From: a virus
Direction: 5' to 3' (one strand)
IMG/VR virus record: IMGVR_UViG_3300044844_000854
Location: 32,001-96,000 of that record
Length of the DNA: 64,000 nt
This document shows, piece by piece, positions 40,577 through 50,213 of this stretch (the stretch's first letter is position 1; each line of letters opens with the position of its first letter). A model generated the notes under the pieces. That model did not search any database. It saw nothing but the letters and a program-made list of their open reading frames with translations, and had not been told where the DNA came from. The position numbers and the translations under genes were made by a program.

Positions 40577-41183
40577 CAGTCAAGAAAAGAAATCATTGCT
40601 ACTCTACCAACTTGATAGCGATAAATTAAAGAGTCGCTTTGAACAAGAGTATGCAACTAGAGATATTGATACTGTAAATCAAGAATTAGAAACAATCATT
40701 GATATTGCAAGCAGTCATTTCAAAAGATGTATTGAATTTCCAATCAATCTAAGATGCATTGAAGAAATTCATACTATGGAACTTGATCGTGATTTCTATC
40801 GCACAAGTCAAAGTAAAACACACACTGATAACTTTTCTGAAGGTTATGATCTGTTTCTCTTTAGTATTGATCAAGTGCATTCATTCTCAGATGCTCATGG
40901 ATTAAATCAATCAAGCTCATGGACTTCACCAATGTTAGAAACATTAAAGCTATATCGTTATGCAGTATCAACACCTGAATGGCTAAATAGTTCATACCAT
41001 TGTATTCTAGCTTTGGAAGTAAATGTTGGACTAAGAGAATTGACACAAATCATTATTGCTCACATTCATGGTTATTCTACATGGTCATATATTACTGAAG
41101 ATGAATTTAGTGATTTTGATTGTGTTGATGATATTCACAAAGAAGAACTACACCTTAGTGATGATATTGTGTTTGTCATTTAA
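40554..41183 (+). CDS. Hypothetical protein (probable start ATG 40566)
   Basis: About 205 aa, overlapping the previous ORF end. Confidence 0.55.
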   Translation: MVNIMSLNSQEKKSLLLYQLDSDKLKSRFEQEYATRDIDTVNQELETIIDIASSHFKRCIEFPINLRCIEEIHTMELDRDFYRTSQSKTHTDNFSEGYDLFLFSIDQVHSFSDAHGLNQSSSWTSPMLETLKLYRYAVSTPEWLNSSYHCILALEVNVGLRELTQIIIAHIHGYSTWSYITEDEFSDFDCVDDIHKEELHLSDDIVFVI

Positions 41184-41426
41184 AGACTAAAAAAACGGAA
41201 CATTAAAAACACTGTTAAAAACAAAGACACTAAACACCTTAGATTATATTTAAGGCAATAAACATCAATGATAATTTATGATATAGGTTATCACAAAAAC
41301 ATACTTGGTATATGGTCAAGGTATCTTTTCCATTCGGTTTAAATACTTGTATATTAAATGGTTTGTAGATTATAAACTATTGAAATATATGATGATTTAT
41401 AGATACAAAATATTTTGTAAAAGATA

Positions 41427-41455
41427 TATACATATTACATATAGTATGCTATTCT
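41427..41455 (+). promoter_or_regulatory. sigma70-like promoter, spacer variant CATATAG
   Basis: TATACA-17 bp-TATTCT, with CATATAG at the same spacer position as CACTAAG in the other promoters. Confidence 0.55.
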
Positions 41456-41553
41456 ATGACTACTGATTAAATGAATGTGATTAAACACTAAATCGACATG
41501 ATACATCACACTAGAAAATCAGTTTCTTTTCTCTCACTCTTAGGAGTAAAAAA

Positions 41554-42273
41554 ATGAGTTGGTATAATAACTCTGAACAAACTCAAGCAACCGATAAGGT
41601 AGGTCGCTTTCTCTTGATGCAAAACAATGGTGCTGAAATCACTTTCTTAGATGAAGCTACCGTAACCATTGATGGCAACACAGTCGCAACACCAATCAAA
41701 TATGGTGAATACAGAATTCAAATTCCTTATGGTTTTATCACAAAATTACCAGATTCAAAGAGAATGTCTGCTGAAAACACCTTAGCTGCACTTGGTTTCA
41801 AAGAAGGTTGGAATAACTATGCTACATCAACACCTAGTTGCCCATTAAGCTCAATTGCCAAGCCATCAGCCGTTGCCGTATTTTCCGTAATCGACCACTC
41901 TTCTTGGACTAGCCCAAAAGGCAAAGTGTACAAAGACCTTGTTAAGTTGTTTGTCGTAAAGCGATCATCACCTACTTGGGGTATCCTTCAAAAGCAACAG
42001 GAAAAACGTGGTGGCTCACTTCGTGGCTGTCGCTATTCTGTTGAACGAGTTGGTGACAAATCCCCAAGTGTCGGTAATGTCTTTGAATTTTTGGAAAAAG
42101 TAGATGCTACAAATCTTCCCAAAGCAGTCGATTATGGCAAGGTGCTTACACCAAAGAATGAATTTGAATTATCTAAATTGATCACTCTCTTAGGTGGTCA
42201 AGGTGCTGAAGATAATGAAGATGCTCACAATACCTTTGCAACAGATGATGATGATGGTGATGTGCCTTTTTAA
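41554..42273 (+). CDS. Putative single-stranded DNA-binding protein
   Basis: RF.L......ITFLD, FSVIDH, acidic tail DDDDGDVPF; strong RBS AGGAG. Confidence 0.7.
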   Translation: MSWYNNSEQTQATDKVGRFLLMQNNGAEITFLDEATVTIDGNTVATPIKYGEYRIQIPYGFITKLPDSKRMSAENTLAALGFKEGWNNYATSTPSCPLSSIAKPSAVAVFSVIDHSSWTSPKGKVYKDLVKLFVVKRSSPTWGILQKQQEKRGGSLRGCRYSVERVGDKSPSVGNVFEFLEKVDATNLPKAVDYGKVLTPKNEFELSKLITLLGGQGAEDNEDAHNTFATDDDDGDVPF

Positions 42274-42317
42274 GTCATAATCCAATCAGCTCTCTCTCAC
42301 GATTAACCCATAGAAAT

Positions 42318-42355
42318 AGGTGACTTGTCAATAAAATGATAGGTTGCCTTTTTTT
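42318..42355 (+). terminator. Rho-independent terminator
   Basis: AGGTGACTTGTCA-ataaaa-TGATAGGTTGCCT (with G-U pairs) followed by a T run. Confidence 0.75.
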
Positions 42356-42394
42356 ATATCTAGAAACTACCTTAAAAAAACGGAATAGTAAAAA

Positions 42395-42805
42395 ATGCCA
42401 TATCCTAGATTACAGGTAAATGAAACAATATCTAAAAATAAAGAAAACCAAATACAAATCACTAAATGGGGATTTATTACAGATAACATTATCTATGGAA
42501 CATTTAGCACAAAACACAAATACATGGATATTAGTCATTATTATTCACATGGTAATGGAATGTATCAAATTGTAATGATAGCAGCTAAAGATAATCATAG
42601 TGAGAGTGTAGAATTACAAGTGCCAAATGAATACACAATTGAGAGTGTAAATTTTGTAGCACTAAAATGGGAATACCAAATCTATGTAATTGTATCTAGC
42701 AAGAACAATGAATTGAACTACAATTTAGCAGATAGCTTAGATATTGCATCATACTGTGATGATACCTTTAGTGATGAAGAAATTGAAAAGATGAATAATA
42801 GGTAA
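42395..42805 (+). CDS. Hypothetical protein
   Basis: 136 aa; motif/RBS 11 nt upstream. Confidence 0.5.
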   Translation: MPYPRLQVNETISKNKENQIQITKWGFITDNIIYGTFSTKHKYMDISHYYSHGNGMYQIVMIAAKDNHSESVELQVPNEYTIESVNFVALKWEYQIYVIVSSKNNELNYNLADSLDIASYCDDTFSDEEIEKMNNR

Positions 42806-42935
42806 TTTACTGTTTTTCCATATAGCTAAGAAATACACCTTGACAAATAATTTTAAAAAGATATATATATAATAGCTTTTGCAAAAAAGCAACTGCGAAT
42901 GCAGGATAACATTTAATTCTAGCTATGGAAAACAG

Positions 42936-43859
42936 ATGAAAAAAATTGATTTATTTAATGGTGGATATGTAGAATTATTGCACCAATATGGAACTGAACT
43001 TGATGTAATCAATGTAGCTAAGGTGTCATTTGATAATTCAGCAAATGAATGGCAATCACCATCTATGGATAAGCTATTTAATTATTTATGGCAACATGGT
43101 CATACATCACCATTTAGACATGTATTTTTATCATTTAGAGTACATGCACCTATATCCATTGTAAGACAGTGGGAAAAATATCGTGTAGGATCACCAATAG
43201 ATACACCAAGCAATGAAGTAAGTGGTCGCTATGTTGAACTAAAAGAAGAATTCTTTATCCCTAGCGAATGGCGAATACAATCTAAGAGTAATAAGCAAGG
43301 CTCATTTGGATCACTACCTGAAGAATTACAGCAGCAGATAGATGAAAAAACCAATGATCACTATAAGAATTGCCATGATTATTATGAAGAATTACTACAA
43401 TCAGGTGTAGCTAAAGAACAAGCAAGATTTGTATTACCTAATGGATTATACACTACATTTATTTGGACACCATCTTTACAAGCATTGATGCATTTCCTTG
43501 AGCAAAGATTATCTCATGATGCCCAAAAGGAATTACAGGAATATGCCAAAGCAGTATATGAAATTGCTAAAACAATCTATCCTAGATCAATGAATGTATT
43601 GTTAGATAAGATTGTGCCTAAGCACCACCATGTGATGACAATTCAAGAACAAAGTGTAGAAGAATTAAACCTTATCCCAATTCTACATGAAGGCTACCAA
43701 CTCTATGTAGAAAAAACGGAACTTGAAAAAATGGGTAAGAAAGAAACAAATAAGATAAGCCATATTATATATAAGATAGCTAAAGAAGATATAACTGCAT
43801 ATTGCTTAGGTAAAGACTTAAATCGCTTTAAAGAACATGGTTGGAAGGTTGTTGAATGA
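42936..43859 (+). CDS. thyX: Flavin-dependent thymidylate synthase with C-terminal extension
   Basis: A.VSF, HTSPFRH, RQW, NEVSGRY, GVAKEQARFVLP, R...AQKE. Start moved to ATG 42936. Confidence 0.92.
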   Translation: MKKIDLFNGGYVELLHQYGTELDVINVAKVSFDNSANEWQSPSMDKLFNYLWQHGHTSPFRHVFLSFRVHAPISIVRQWEKYRVGSPIDTPSNEVSGRYVELKEEFFIPSEWRIQSKSNKQGSFGSLPEELQQQIDEKTNDHYKNCHDYYEELLQSGVAKEQARFVLPNGLYTTFIWTPSLQALMHFLEQRLSHDAQKELQEYAKAVYEIAKTIYPRSMNVLLDKIVPKHHHVMTIQEQSVEELNLIPILHEGYQLYVEKTELEKMGKKETNKISHIIYKIAKEDITAYCLGKDLNRFKEHGWKVVE

Positions 43860-43904
43860 TTGCTTAACTGATTAAAAATTGATTTTTCTTTTATTTTCTA
43901 GCTA

Positions 43905-43943
43905 TTTACACAATTCACTAAGATTACTATACTGATATTATCA
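43905..43943 (+). promoter_or_regulatory. sigma70-like promoter (CACTAAG family) plus palindrome TGATATTATCA
   Basis: TTTACA-17-TATACT; CACTAAG at 43916-43922; palindrome at 43933-43943. Confidence 0.72.
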
Positions 43944-43991
43944 TTTGAAAATTGATGATTTCTTTAACCTATCACTGCACAGGAAAATCAA

Positions 43992-44345
43992 ATGGTTGCA
44001 CACGATAATGATCAAGAAGTTCTTTTACTTCAACCTAGCTATAATGCTCTTGAAAGTGTTTGCAAAACAACTGATGGTGTTGCTTACATTGATCAAAGCT
44101 CTTTTATCCTTTACACAGCTTATAATGGCTCTGTCTCTCAAATGTCTTGGTGGTATTATGTTGTATCATACAGCATCAATACAAAATCTTTAGGTCAATA
44201 TGATCTCGAAATGGTTATTGATGCAGGTGCATTTGATGCTTATGTGGTTTACCAAAATGTTTCTCTAGCATTTGTTGCTGATTTTGTAAAAAATGAAGCC
44301 TCAAATCCATACAATAAAGAGGTATATCAACGAACTTTAGTATAA
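43992..44345 (+). CDS. Hypothetical cassette gene
   Basis: 117 aa; RBS AGGA; flanked by a promoter and a terminator. Confidence 0.6.
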   Translation: MVAHDNDQEVLLLQPSYNALESVCKTTDGVAYIDQSSFILYTAYNGSVSQMSWWYYVVSYSINTKSLGQYDLEMVIDAGAFDAYVVYQNVSLAFVADFVKNEASNPYNKEVYQRTLV

Positions 44346-44431
44346 AAAATGTATTCAGCTTATTAAATAATACTTGGCTATACTGATTAGCTTATATTTA
44401 CCAAATAAGTAATTTTTAAATAAAAAATCTC

Positions 44432-44460
44432 AACCACTGACTTTTGTTGGTGGTTTTTTT
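44432..44460 (+). terminator. Rho-independent terminator
   Basis: AACCACTGAC-tttt-GTTGGTGGTT followed by a T run. Confidence 0.75.
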
Positions 44461-44506
44461 ATACCTTATTTAGTAATACCTAGTAAAAATTATACTTATA
44501 TAGAAC

Positions 44507-44545
44507 TATACCTATATCACTAAGATCACTATACTGATTTTATCA
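44507..44545 (+). promoter_or_regulatory. Promoter (CACTAAG family)
   Basis: CACTAAG 44518-44524, TATACT 44530-44535, TGATTTTATCA 44535-44545; weak -35. Confidence 0.6.
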
Positions 44546-44558
44546 TTTTGATTGATCT

Positions 44559-44945
44559 ATGAATGATCAATTTTTATCAACAACTTTTCAAAAGAGAACA
44601 CAAATGTACACTCTAGAAAAAACCTGTGGCATTTTGACCACCAAAAAAGAATTCTTAGCAGTAAAAAATGCTGAAACTATGGCATTCATCAAGCACAATT
44701 TTGAAACATTTGAAAGTGTATACCAAGAAGTCGCTTATGCTCAAAAGAACACAGATGGCACTTATCATGTAGAAATCATTGCTTGTTGGGTATCTCATGG
44801 ACCTACAAATAGCCTTGTTGCAGTAGAACCTGTAAGCAAATTACAAAATCCTGATTGTGAAAGAACTGTTGCAAATGTAAAAGCTAAGTCACCTAAAGAA
44901 GCTATTCTATCTGTTGTTAAGCCCATTGTGTACAATCGTGGATAA
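44559..44945 (+). CDS. Hypothetical cassette gene (start possibly ATG 44604)
   Basis: ORF between a promoter and a terminator. Confidence 0.55.
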   Translation: MNDQFLSTTFQKRTQMYTLEKTCGILTTKKEFLAVKNAETMAFIKHNFETFESVYQEVAYAQKNTDGTYHVEIIACWVSHGPTNSLVAVEPVSKLQNPDCERTVANVKAKSPKEAILSVVKPIVYNRG

Positions 44946-45013
44946 ATAGTAATTCACTTAGCATTGCTAATCTATTGTGATGCTTACCATTATCTAGCAA
45001 CCAAATATTAGAC

Positions 45014-45042
45014 GACCCCCTGATTATATTGGGGGTTTTTTT
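45014..45042 (+). terminator. Rho-independent terminator
   Basis: GACCCCC...GGGGGTT followed by a T run. Confidence 0.75.
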
Positions 45043-45073
45043 ATACCTAGAATTTAAATAAAAATGACAGTGT

Positions 45074-45102
45074 TTTACATTTATCATATAGAATGATATA
45101 CT
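45074..45102 (+). promoter_or_regulatory. sigma70-like promoter for the DNA polymerase gene
   Basis: TTTACA-17-TATACT with extended -10 TG and CATATAG in the spacer. Confidence 0.65.
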
Positions 45103-45151
45103 TATTATATCAAAAACCAACCACCACCGAAAAAACGGAGGATTACAAAAG

Positions 45152-47062
45152 GTGATCAACAAACTAAAGAAAACAATCATCTCTAGTGATACTGATTTAC
45201 AATTACTAGAAGATGAACTATCAAGCTATGATACATATTGCTTTGATACAGAAACAACAAATGATAATGGTGATGGTCTTGCATTTAATCGTTATATGTT
45301 TGGTTGCTCTATTGCAGTTAAACACAATGATAGGTGGAAAGGCTATTACATTTCTGTAAGACACAAAACTAACAATCAAGTTAGCTTATTTGATAACAAT
45401 CATTGTGAGAATTGCACACCTGAGAAAGTATCTAAAACAATACAAAATCTACTAAGCAATAAGCGAGTGATTATTCACAATAGCCAATTTGAACGAGGTG
45501 TATTCAAAAACGAAAACATTGACTATAGCACCTTTAACATCATTGACACACTACCTTTAGCATGGTTACTTGATCCTGAGAGGGAAGGTGGCAATGGTCT
45601 TAAAAATCTTGTTAAGCAACAACTCAAATATAAAATGACAGAGTTTTCTGCATTCAAAGAGTTTAAAGATGCAAGCCTAGCACCACAATCTACTATGTCT
45701 TTATATGCCGTAGACGATGTTGTTCAATTAGGTAAGCTATATGACAAACTATATCCTATGCTACTTAAAGATAGCCGTATGGCTAAAATATATCACGAGA
45801 TATACCTAGAGTTAGTTAGCATCGCTTTTGAGATGCACTATGAAGGCATTGAAGTAGATACAGAAAAACTATCTTCACTTGCAAATGTTTGGGATATTGA
45901 ATGTAGACAAATTGAACAAACAATCAAAGATAGTGTTAGACCAATGCTAAGCGACTCAGACATATCTGTGGATAAATTAAATATGGGTAGCTCTAAGCAA
46001 CTATCCGAATTATTTATAGATACCTTGTGCCTATGGCAACCACTAGAGAATGATCGTGGTGGTAATGGTAGCTGGTCAACTGCTACAGATAATCTTAAAA
46101 CATGGACAAAATCAAAATCTACACCTTTAGGTAAAGAGATTGCTACACATATTTTAAGACATCGTGAAATATCCAAACTATGCTCTACCTATGCAGAGCC
46201 ACTTGCACAACTTGGTAATAGTGATGTAAGAAAGCGAATACATTGCTCACTTAATCCAATAGGCACAGCGACAGGTAGATTTTCCTGTACCAACCCCAAC
46301 CTACAAACCATTCCTAGTAAATCCAAAGATGGTAAAATTATTAGAGAATGTTTTGTTGCTCAAAAAGGGTATAAGCTAATAGGTTGTGACTATTCACAAA
46401 TTGAGCTTAGATTACTTGCACATTTCACTAAATCTAAACCACTTGTAGATGCATATCATGATGGTAAAGATGTACATTCTGCCACTGCAAGTTCCATATT
46501 TCAAATACCTATTGATCAAGTAGATGAACAGAAGAGAAGAATTGGTAAAGGTATTAACTTTGCACTTATCTATGGTCAAGGTCCACGAGCCCTTGCAGAA
46601 AGTGTAGGTGTATCTGAGAGTGATGCAAAATTGTTTATCCAAAGATACTTTGACAATGTTAAAGGTGTTAAGGAATGGAAATCATCTTATATAGAAGAAT
46701 GTAGATCAAACCTAAACACTAAAACAATCTTAGGTAGAACACGATTATTGCCTGAATTTACAACTAAAGATCGTGAATTGGTAGCAAGAGCAGAAAGAGT
46801 ATCTGTAAATACTCGTATTCAAGGTAGTGCAGCAGATTTGTGTAATTTAGCTATTCGTAATTTTTATCGTAAGCTACAAGAGTTAAAGATTGATGCAAAA
46901 CTTCTCTTACAGGTACATGATGAAATCGTTGTAGAGTGTCGTGAAGATATTGTAGAGTATGTTAAGGATTTACTTGTAGACACAATGCAGAGTGTTGTTA
47001 AACTAGAAGTGCCACTTATAGCTGATCCTGCTATTGGTAATAATCTAAGAGAAACAAAATAA
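45152..47062 (+). CDS. polA: Family A DNA polymerase (3'-5' exonuclease plus polymerase, no 5' nuclease)
   Basis: FDTET, HNSQFE, YAVDD, TATGRFS..PNLQ, DYSQIELR, KGINFALIYG, IQGSAAD, QVHDE. Confidence 0.96.
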   Translation: MINKLKKTIISSDTDLQLLEDELSSYDTYCFDTETTNDNGDGLAFNRYMFGCSIAVKHNDRWKGYYISVRHKTNNQVSLFDNNHCENCTPEKVSKTIQNLLSNKRVIIHNSQFERGVFKNENIDYSTFNIIDTLPLAWLLDPEREGGNGLKNLVKQQLKYKMTEFSAFKEFKDASLAPQSTMSLYAVDDVVQLGKLYDKLYPMLLKDSRMAKIYHEIYLELVSIAFEMHYEGIEVDTEKLSSLANVWDIECRQIEQTIKDSVRPMLSDSDISVDKLNMGSSKQLSELFIDTLCLWQPLENDRGGNGSWSTATDNLKTWTKSKSTPLGKEIATHILRHREISKLCSTYAEPLAQLGNSDVRKRIHCSLNPIGTATGRFSCTNPNLQTIPSKSKDGKIIRECFVAQKGYKLIGCDYSQIELRLLAHFTKSKPLVDAYHDGKDVHSATASSIFQIPIDQVDEQKRRIGKGINFALIYGQGPRALAESVGVSESDAKLFIQRYFDNVKGVKEWKSSYIEECRSNLNTKTILGRTRLLPEFTTKDRELVARAERVSVNTRIQGSAADLCNLAIRNFYRKLQELKIDAKLLLQVHDEIVVECREDIVEYVKDLLVDTMQSVVKLEVPLIADPAIGNNLRETK

Positions 47063-47144
47063 TATAATCTAAGATAAGTGTTTAATAAATAAGGAAAAAC
47101 TGATATAATAGGTATTGCAAAAAAGATACCTTTAAGGAGCTTAA

Positions 47145-48455
47145 ATGAATACAACAGGCATGATATGTATGGCAAAAAACGGAATGTTAAAAAAAGATTT
47201 AGATAAGATCAAAAAAGACTTAACATTCATAGACTATACAGATGAACAATTTCCACAATATAAGCTATATATAGATACAAGTGATTTTATTTATATACCT
47301 AGAGGATATGATGATTTTAAATACTACCAAGTAGAAAGCATAGACATACCAAACACTATGCAAGAAAAAACGGAATTTAAAATCACCCTTAGAGAATATC
47401 AAAATAAAGCAGTAGATACACTATATGAAAATGTAATAGCTAAAGGTGGTGCAACTCTTATAGGTGGTTGTGGTACAGGTAAAACAATTATGGGAATTGC
47501 AACTGCTATGAGAATAAAACATAAAACTTGTATCTTAGTGCATAAAGAGTTTTTGATTGAACAATGGATTGAACGAATAGAGATGTCATGCTCAAATTGT
47601 AAGATAGGAATATGGCAACAAGATAAAATACCTGATGATGATTGTGATTTTGTAATAGCAATGGTGCAATCTCTATATGCTAGAACATATCCAAGTGAAG
47701 TATATGATAGATTTGATTTGGTAATTACAGATGAAGTCCATAGGTTTTCTGCACCTACATGGCAAAACATTATTAGTAATTTTAAAGCTAGGTATAGAAT
47801 AGGACTTACTGCCACACCCAATAGAAGAGATGGATTACAAGAAATATTTTACAATCATATAGGGAAATCTGTATATGAAATTCAAGGCACACTATTACAA
47901 CCAACAATCTTTAGGTATGAAACTAAGATAGGGATAGCAATCAATAAATACACTGATTTTAAAGGTGGATTAAACAATGCTAAACTACTTACAATCCTAG
48001 CAGAAAATAAAGATAGAAATACACAAATAGCAACACTACTTACCAATGCAAAAAAACGGAATAGGAAAATACTATTATTATCAGATAGAATAACAATGCT
48101 AGATAACTTACTAGATATACTTACAGGTGGTATAGGTGAAACAGAAGATGTAAGGAAATATGTAGGTGGATTATCTAGTAATGAGCGAGAACAAGCAAGT
48201 AAAGCTAAAATCATACTTGCCACTTATGGTATGGCACAGGAAGGACTTGATATTCCTGATATTGATACACTATTTCTAGCTACACCTAAAGCAGATGTTG
48301 TGCAAGCAGTAGGTAGAATATTAAGACCACACCCTGATAAACTTGAGCCTATTGTTATGGATTTTGTAGATCATACACCACTAACCTATGCTTTATACAA
48401 GAAGAGGAAAACAATGTATGAAACTAGCAACTATCTTATAAGAGATTATAAATGA
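47145..48455 (+). CDS. Superfamily 2 DNA helicase (UvsW/XPB-like)
   Basis: LREYQ, GCGTGKT, DEVH, LTAT, EGLDIP, QAVGRILR. Confidence 0.92.
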   Translation: MNTTGMICMAKNGMLKKDLDKIKKDLTFIDYTDEQFPQYKLYIDTSDFIYIPRGYDDFKYYQVESIDIPNTMQEKTEFKITLREYQNKAVDTLYENVIAKGGATLIGGCGTGKTIMGIATAMRIKHKTCILVHKEFLIEQWIERIEMSCSNCKIGIWQQDKIPDDDCDFVIAMVQSLYARTYPSEVYDRFDLVITDEVHRFSAPTWQNIISNFKARYRIGLTATPNRRDGLQEIFYNHIGKSVYEIQGTLLQPTIFRYETKIGIAINKYTDFKGGLNNAKLLTILAENKDRNTQIATLLTNAKKRNRKILLLSDRITMLDNLLDILTGGIGETEDVRKYVGGLSSNEREQASKAKIILATYGMAQEGLDIPDIDTLFLATPKADVVQAVGRILRPHPDKLEPIVMDFVDHTPLTYALYKKRKTMYETSNYLIRDYK

Positions 48456-48496
48456 CTATGCTTAAATAAAAACATATATAAATAAAATCATAGCAC

Positions 48497-48525
48497 TTGA
48501 AAACTGATACTAAGTATGCTATTCT
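48497..48525 (+). promoter_or_regulatory. sigma70-like promoter (TACTAAG variant)
   Basis: TTGAAA-17-TATTCT; TACTAAG at 48508-48514. Confidence 0.65.
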
Positions 48526-48616
48526 TTTACTATATGAATTTGATTAACTGATTAACTTTTCTTATGTGATCACTTTCATAGAAAACAACAACAACAAAAA
48601 CATTAGGAGTAGCCAA

Positions 48617-49075
48617 ATGGCAGAACTAATTCTTGCAAATGACTTGCCACAACCAAGCAGTATCGTGGCTAAATTGCTCAAAATCAAGGTACTCAAGGAT
48701 CAACTCGATCAACTCGAAGAAGAACTTAGAGCAGAATACAAATCAACAAATCCACCTAAGAAACAACAAACATCTTCAGGTGAAATCAGTGTTACAGAAA
48801 CCCAAAGGCTCACATTCAACAATGATTTAGTATTAGCAGTTGCAACTGCAAAAGGCATTGATCCATGTGTTCTTGGTGAATTTGCTTTTAAGGCTGATGA
48901 AAAGAAAATCCAAGCAAGTATTTCTGCAGGCTTAATTACAAACGAAGAATTGAGTGGTGCCGTAAAAATTAGCACCTTCGATAGATTCACCATCAAGCCA
49001 ACTGAAAATGTTGTAAGTAGTCTTTCTGTACAAGCTAAATCTGTTTTATTACAGTTAGCATCTGAAAAGATTTAA
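48617..49075 (+). CDS. Hypothetical protein (N-terminal coiled coil)
   Basis: Start moved to ATG 48617 after RBS AGGAG. Confidence 0.6.
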   Translation: MAELILANDLPQPSSIVAKLLKIKVLKDQLDQLEEELRAEYKSTNPPKKQQTSSGEISVTETQRLTFNNDLVLAVATAKGIDPCVLGEFAFKADEKKIQASISAGLITNEELSGAVKISTFDRFTIKPTENVVSSLSVQAKSVLLQLASEKI

Positions 49076-49140
49076 GTGTTCTGCATAGGTTTTTCTTCTA
49101 CCAAGCACTACAATCACTTAAAAAAACGGAGTATTACAAA

Positions 49141-49839
49141 ATGGTAGTAGAAAAACCAATCCAACCAATCCAGCCACAAACAGTTAAAAATCCTGTGTTC
49201 TTTGAAGATGATGCACCTATTACTTCTATAGAAAAAGATAGCATTAAGAAGAAACAAAATTCTGCTTATTTTAGATCCTACTATTTGAAGAATAAAGAGA
49301 AAATCCTACAAAGAAGAAAACACAGGTACTTAAACGACCCTGATTATAGAGAAATCATTCAAAGGTCTAAAGAGTTTGCTAAACTAAGAAACCTTGAAGT
49401 ATCAAATAATCTAGAGTCTACTACTATTTCCCCTGTTGCTACAGGTAATCCACTTGCAAATAGAGCTAAGAAACTCAAAATCAAATCACCTACTTTAGGT
49501 GAGGCTGTTGTCAAATTCTTAACGATTGGGCAACTTGCAGAGGCTATTGGCATTGCTGTGGCTACTTGTAGAAAATGGGAACGAATGAATATTTTACCCC
49601 CTAGCAATTATCGAAATGAAGGTGGTCATAGATTATACTCTATTGATCAAGCACAACTTGCTACTGATATTTATCATAAGCACCTAAATAAATTTGCAGA
49701 TAAATGTGAAAAATGGCGATTGACAGAAGATTTTCAAAAAGAACTCTTTGACTCTTGGCAATCTTTACATATGGGGGTAAATCCAAATCGCTTTAAGCAC
49801 ACTGATCTATCTAAGCTAAACGATGCTTTAGATGAATAA
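49141..49839 (+). CDS. DNA-binding protein with MerR-like HTH
   Basis: TIGQLAEAIGIAVATCRKWERMNILP...R.EGGHRLYS; basic N-terminal helix. Confidence 0.75.
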   Translation: MVVEKPIQPIQPQTVKNPVFFEDDAPITSIEKDSIKKKQNSAYFRSYYLKNKEKILQRRKHRYLNDPDYREIIQRSKEFAKLRNLEVSNNLESTTISPVATGNPLANRAKKLKIKSPTLGEAVVKFLTIGQLAEAIGIAVATCRKWERMNILPPSNYRNEGGHRLYSIDQAQLATDIYHKHLNKFADKCEKWRLTEDFQKELFDSWQSLHMGVNPNRFKHTDLSKLNDALDE

Positions 49840-50137
49840 ACAACACACTAAACAAGGATATACCATGACAACAGGTAAATCTTGGGTACAAGTAGGCGAT
49901 AAAGCCGAACAAAAGACAATCCCAAACGAACAAATCAGCACACCAGCTACAATCACTGTATCTTCAGGTATCACACTCAATCTTGGCAACTATGAGTCAC
50001 TTAGAGTAGATGTTGGTATCTCTTTACCATGCAAACCTACTAAGAAAGATGTAGAAGAAACTTATACTAAAGCATTGCAATTTGTAGAAGAAAAACTTGC
50101 TGAACAGGTAGCTGAAATCAAATCAAATAAGAAGTAA
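49832..50137 (+). CDS. Conserved phage hypothetical protein
   Basis: TLNLGNYESLRVDVG motif, recurrent in phage replication regions; probable start 49865. Confidence 0.55.
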   Translation: MNKQHTKQGYTMTTGKSWVQVGDKAEQKTIPNEQISTPATITVSSGITLNLGNYESLRVDVGISLPCKPTKKDVEETYTKALQFVEEKLAEQVAEIKSNKK

Positions 50138-50145
50138 TATAATTA

Positions 50146-50174
50146 TTGACAAGTAAGTACATATCAAGTATGAT
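50146..50174 (+). promoter_or_regulatory. sigma70-like promoter for recA
   Basis: TTGACA-17-TATGAT. Confidence 0.7.
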
Positions 50175-50213
50175 AAATAGCCAACTATGAAATAGACAAA
50201 CAAAGGCTATTAA

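Noticed and set aside
42879-42935. Longer TTG start for thyX and a small CTGC-gaat-GCAG hairpin as a riboswitch
   Set aside because: ThyX similarity begins at the ATG at 42936, and the hairpin is only 4 bp with no recognisable aptamer.
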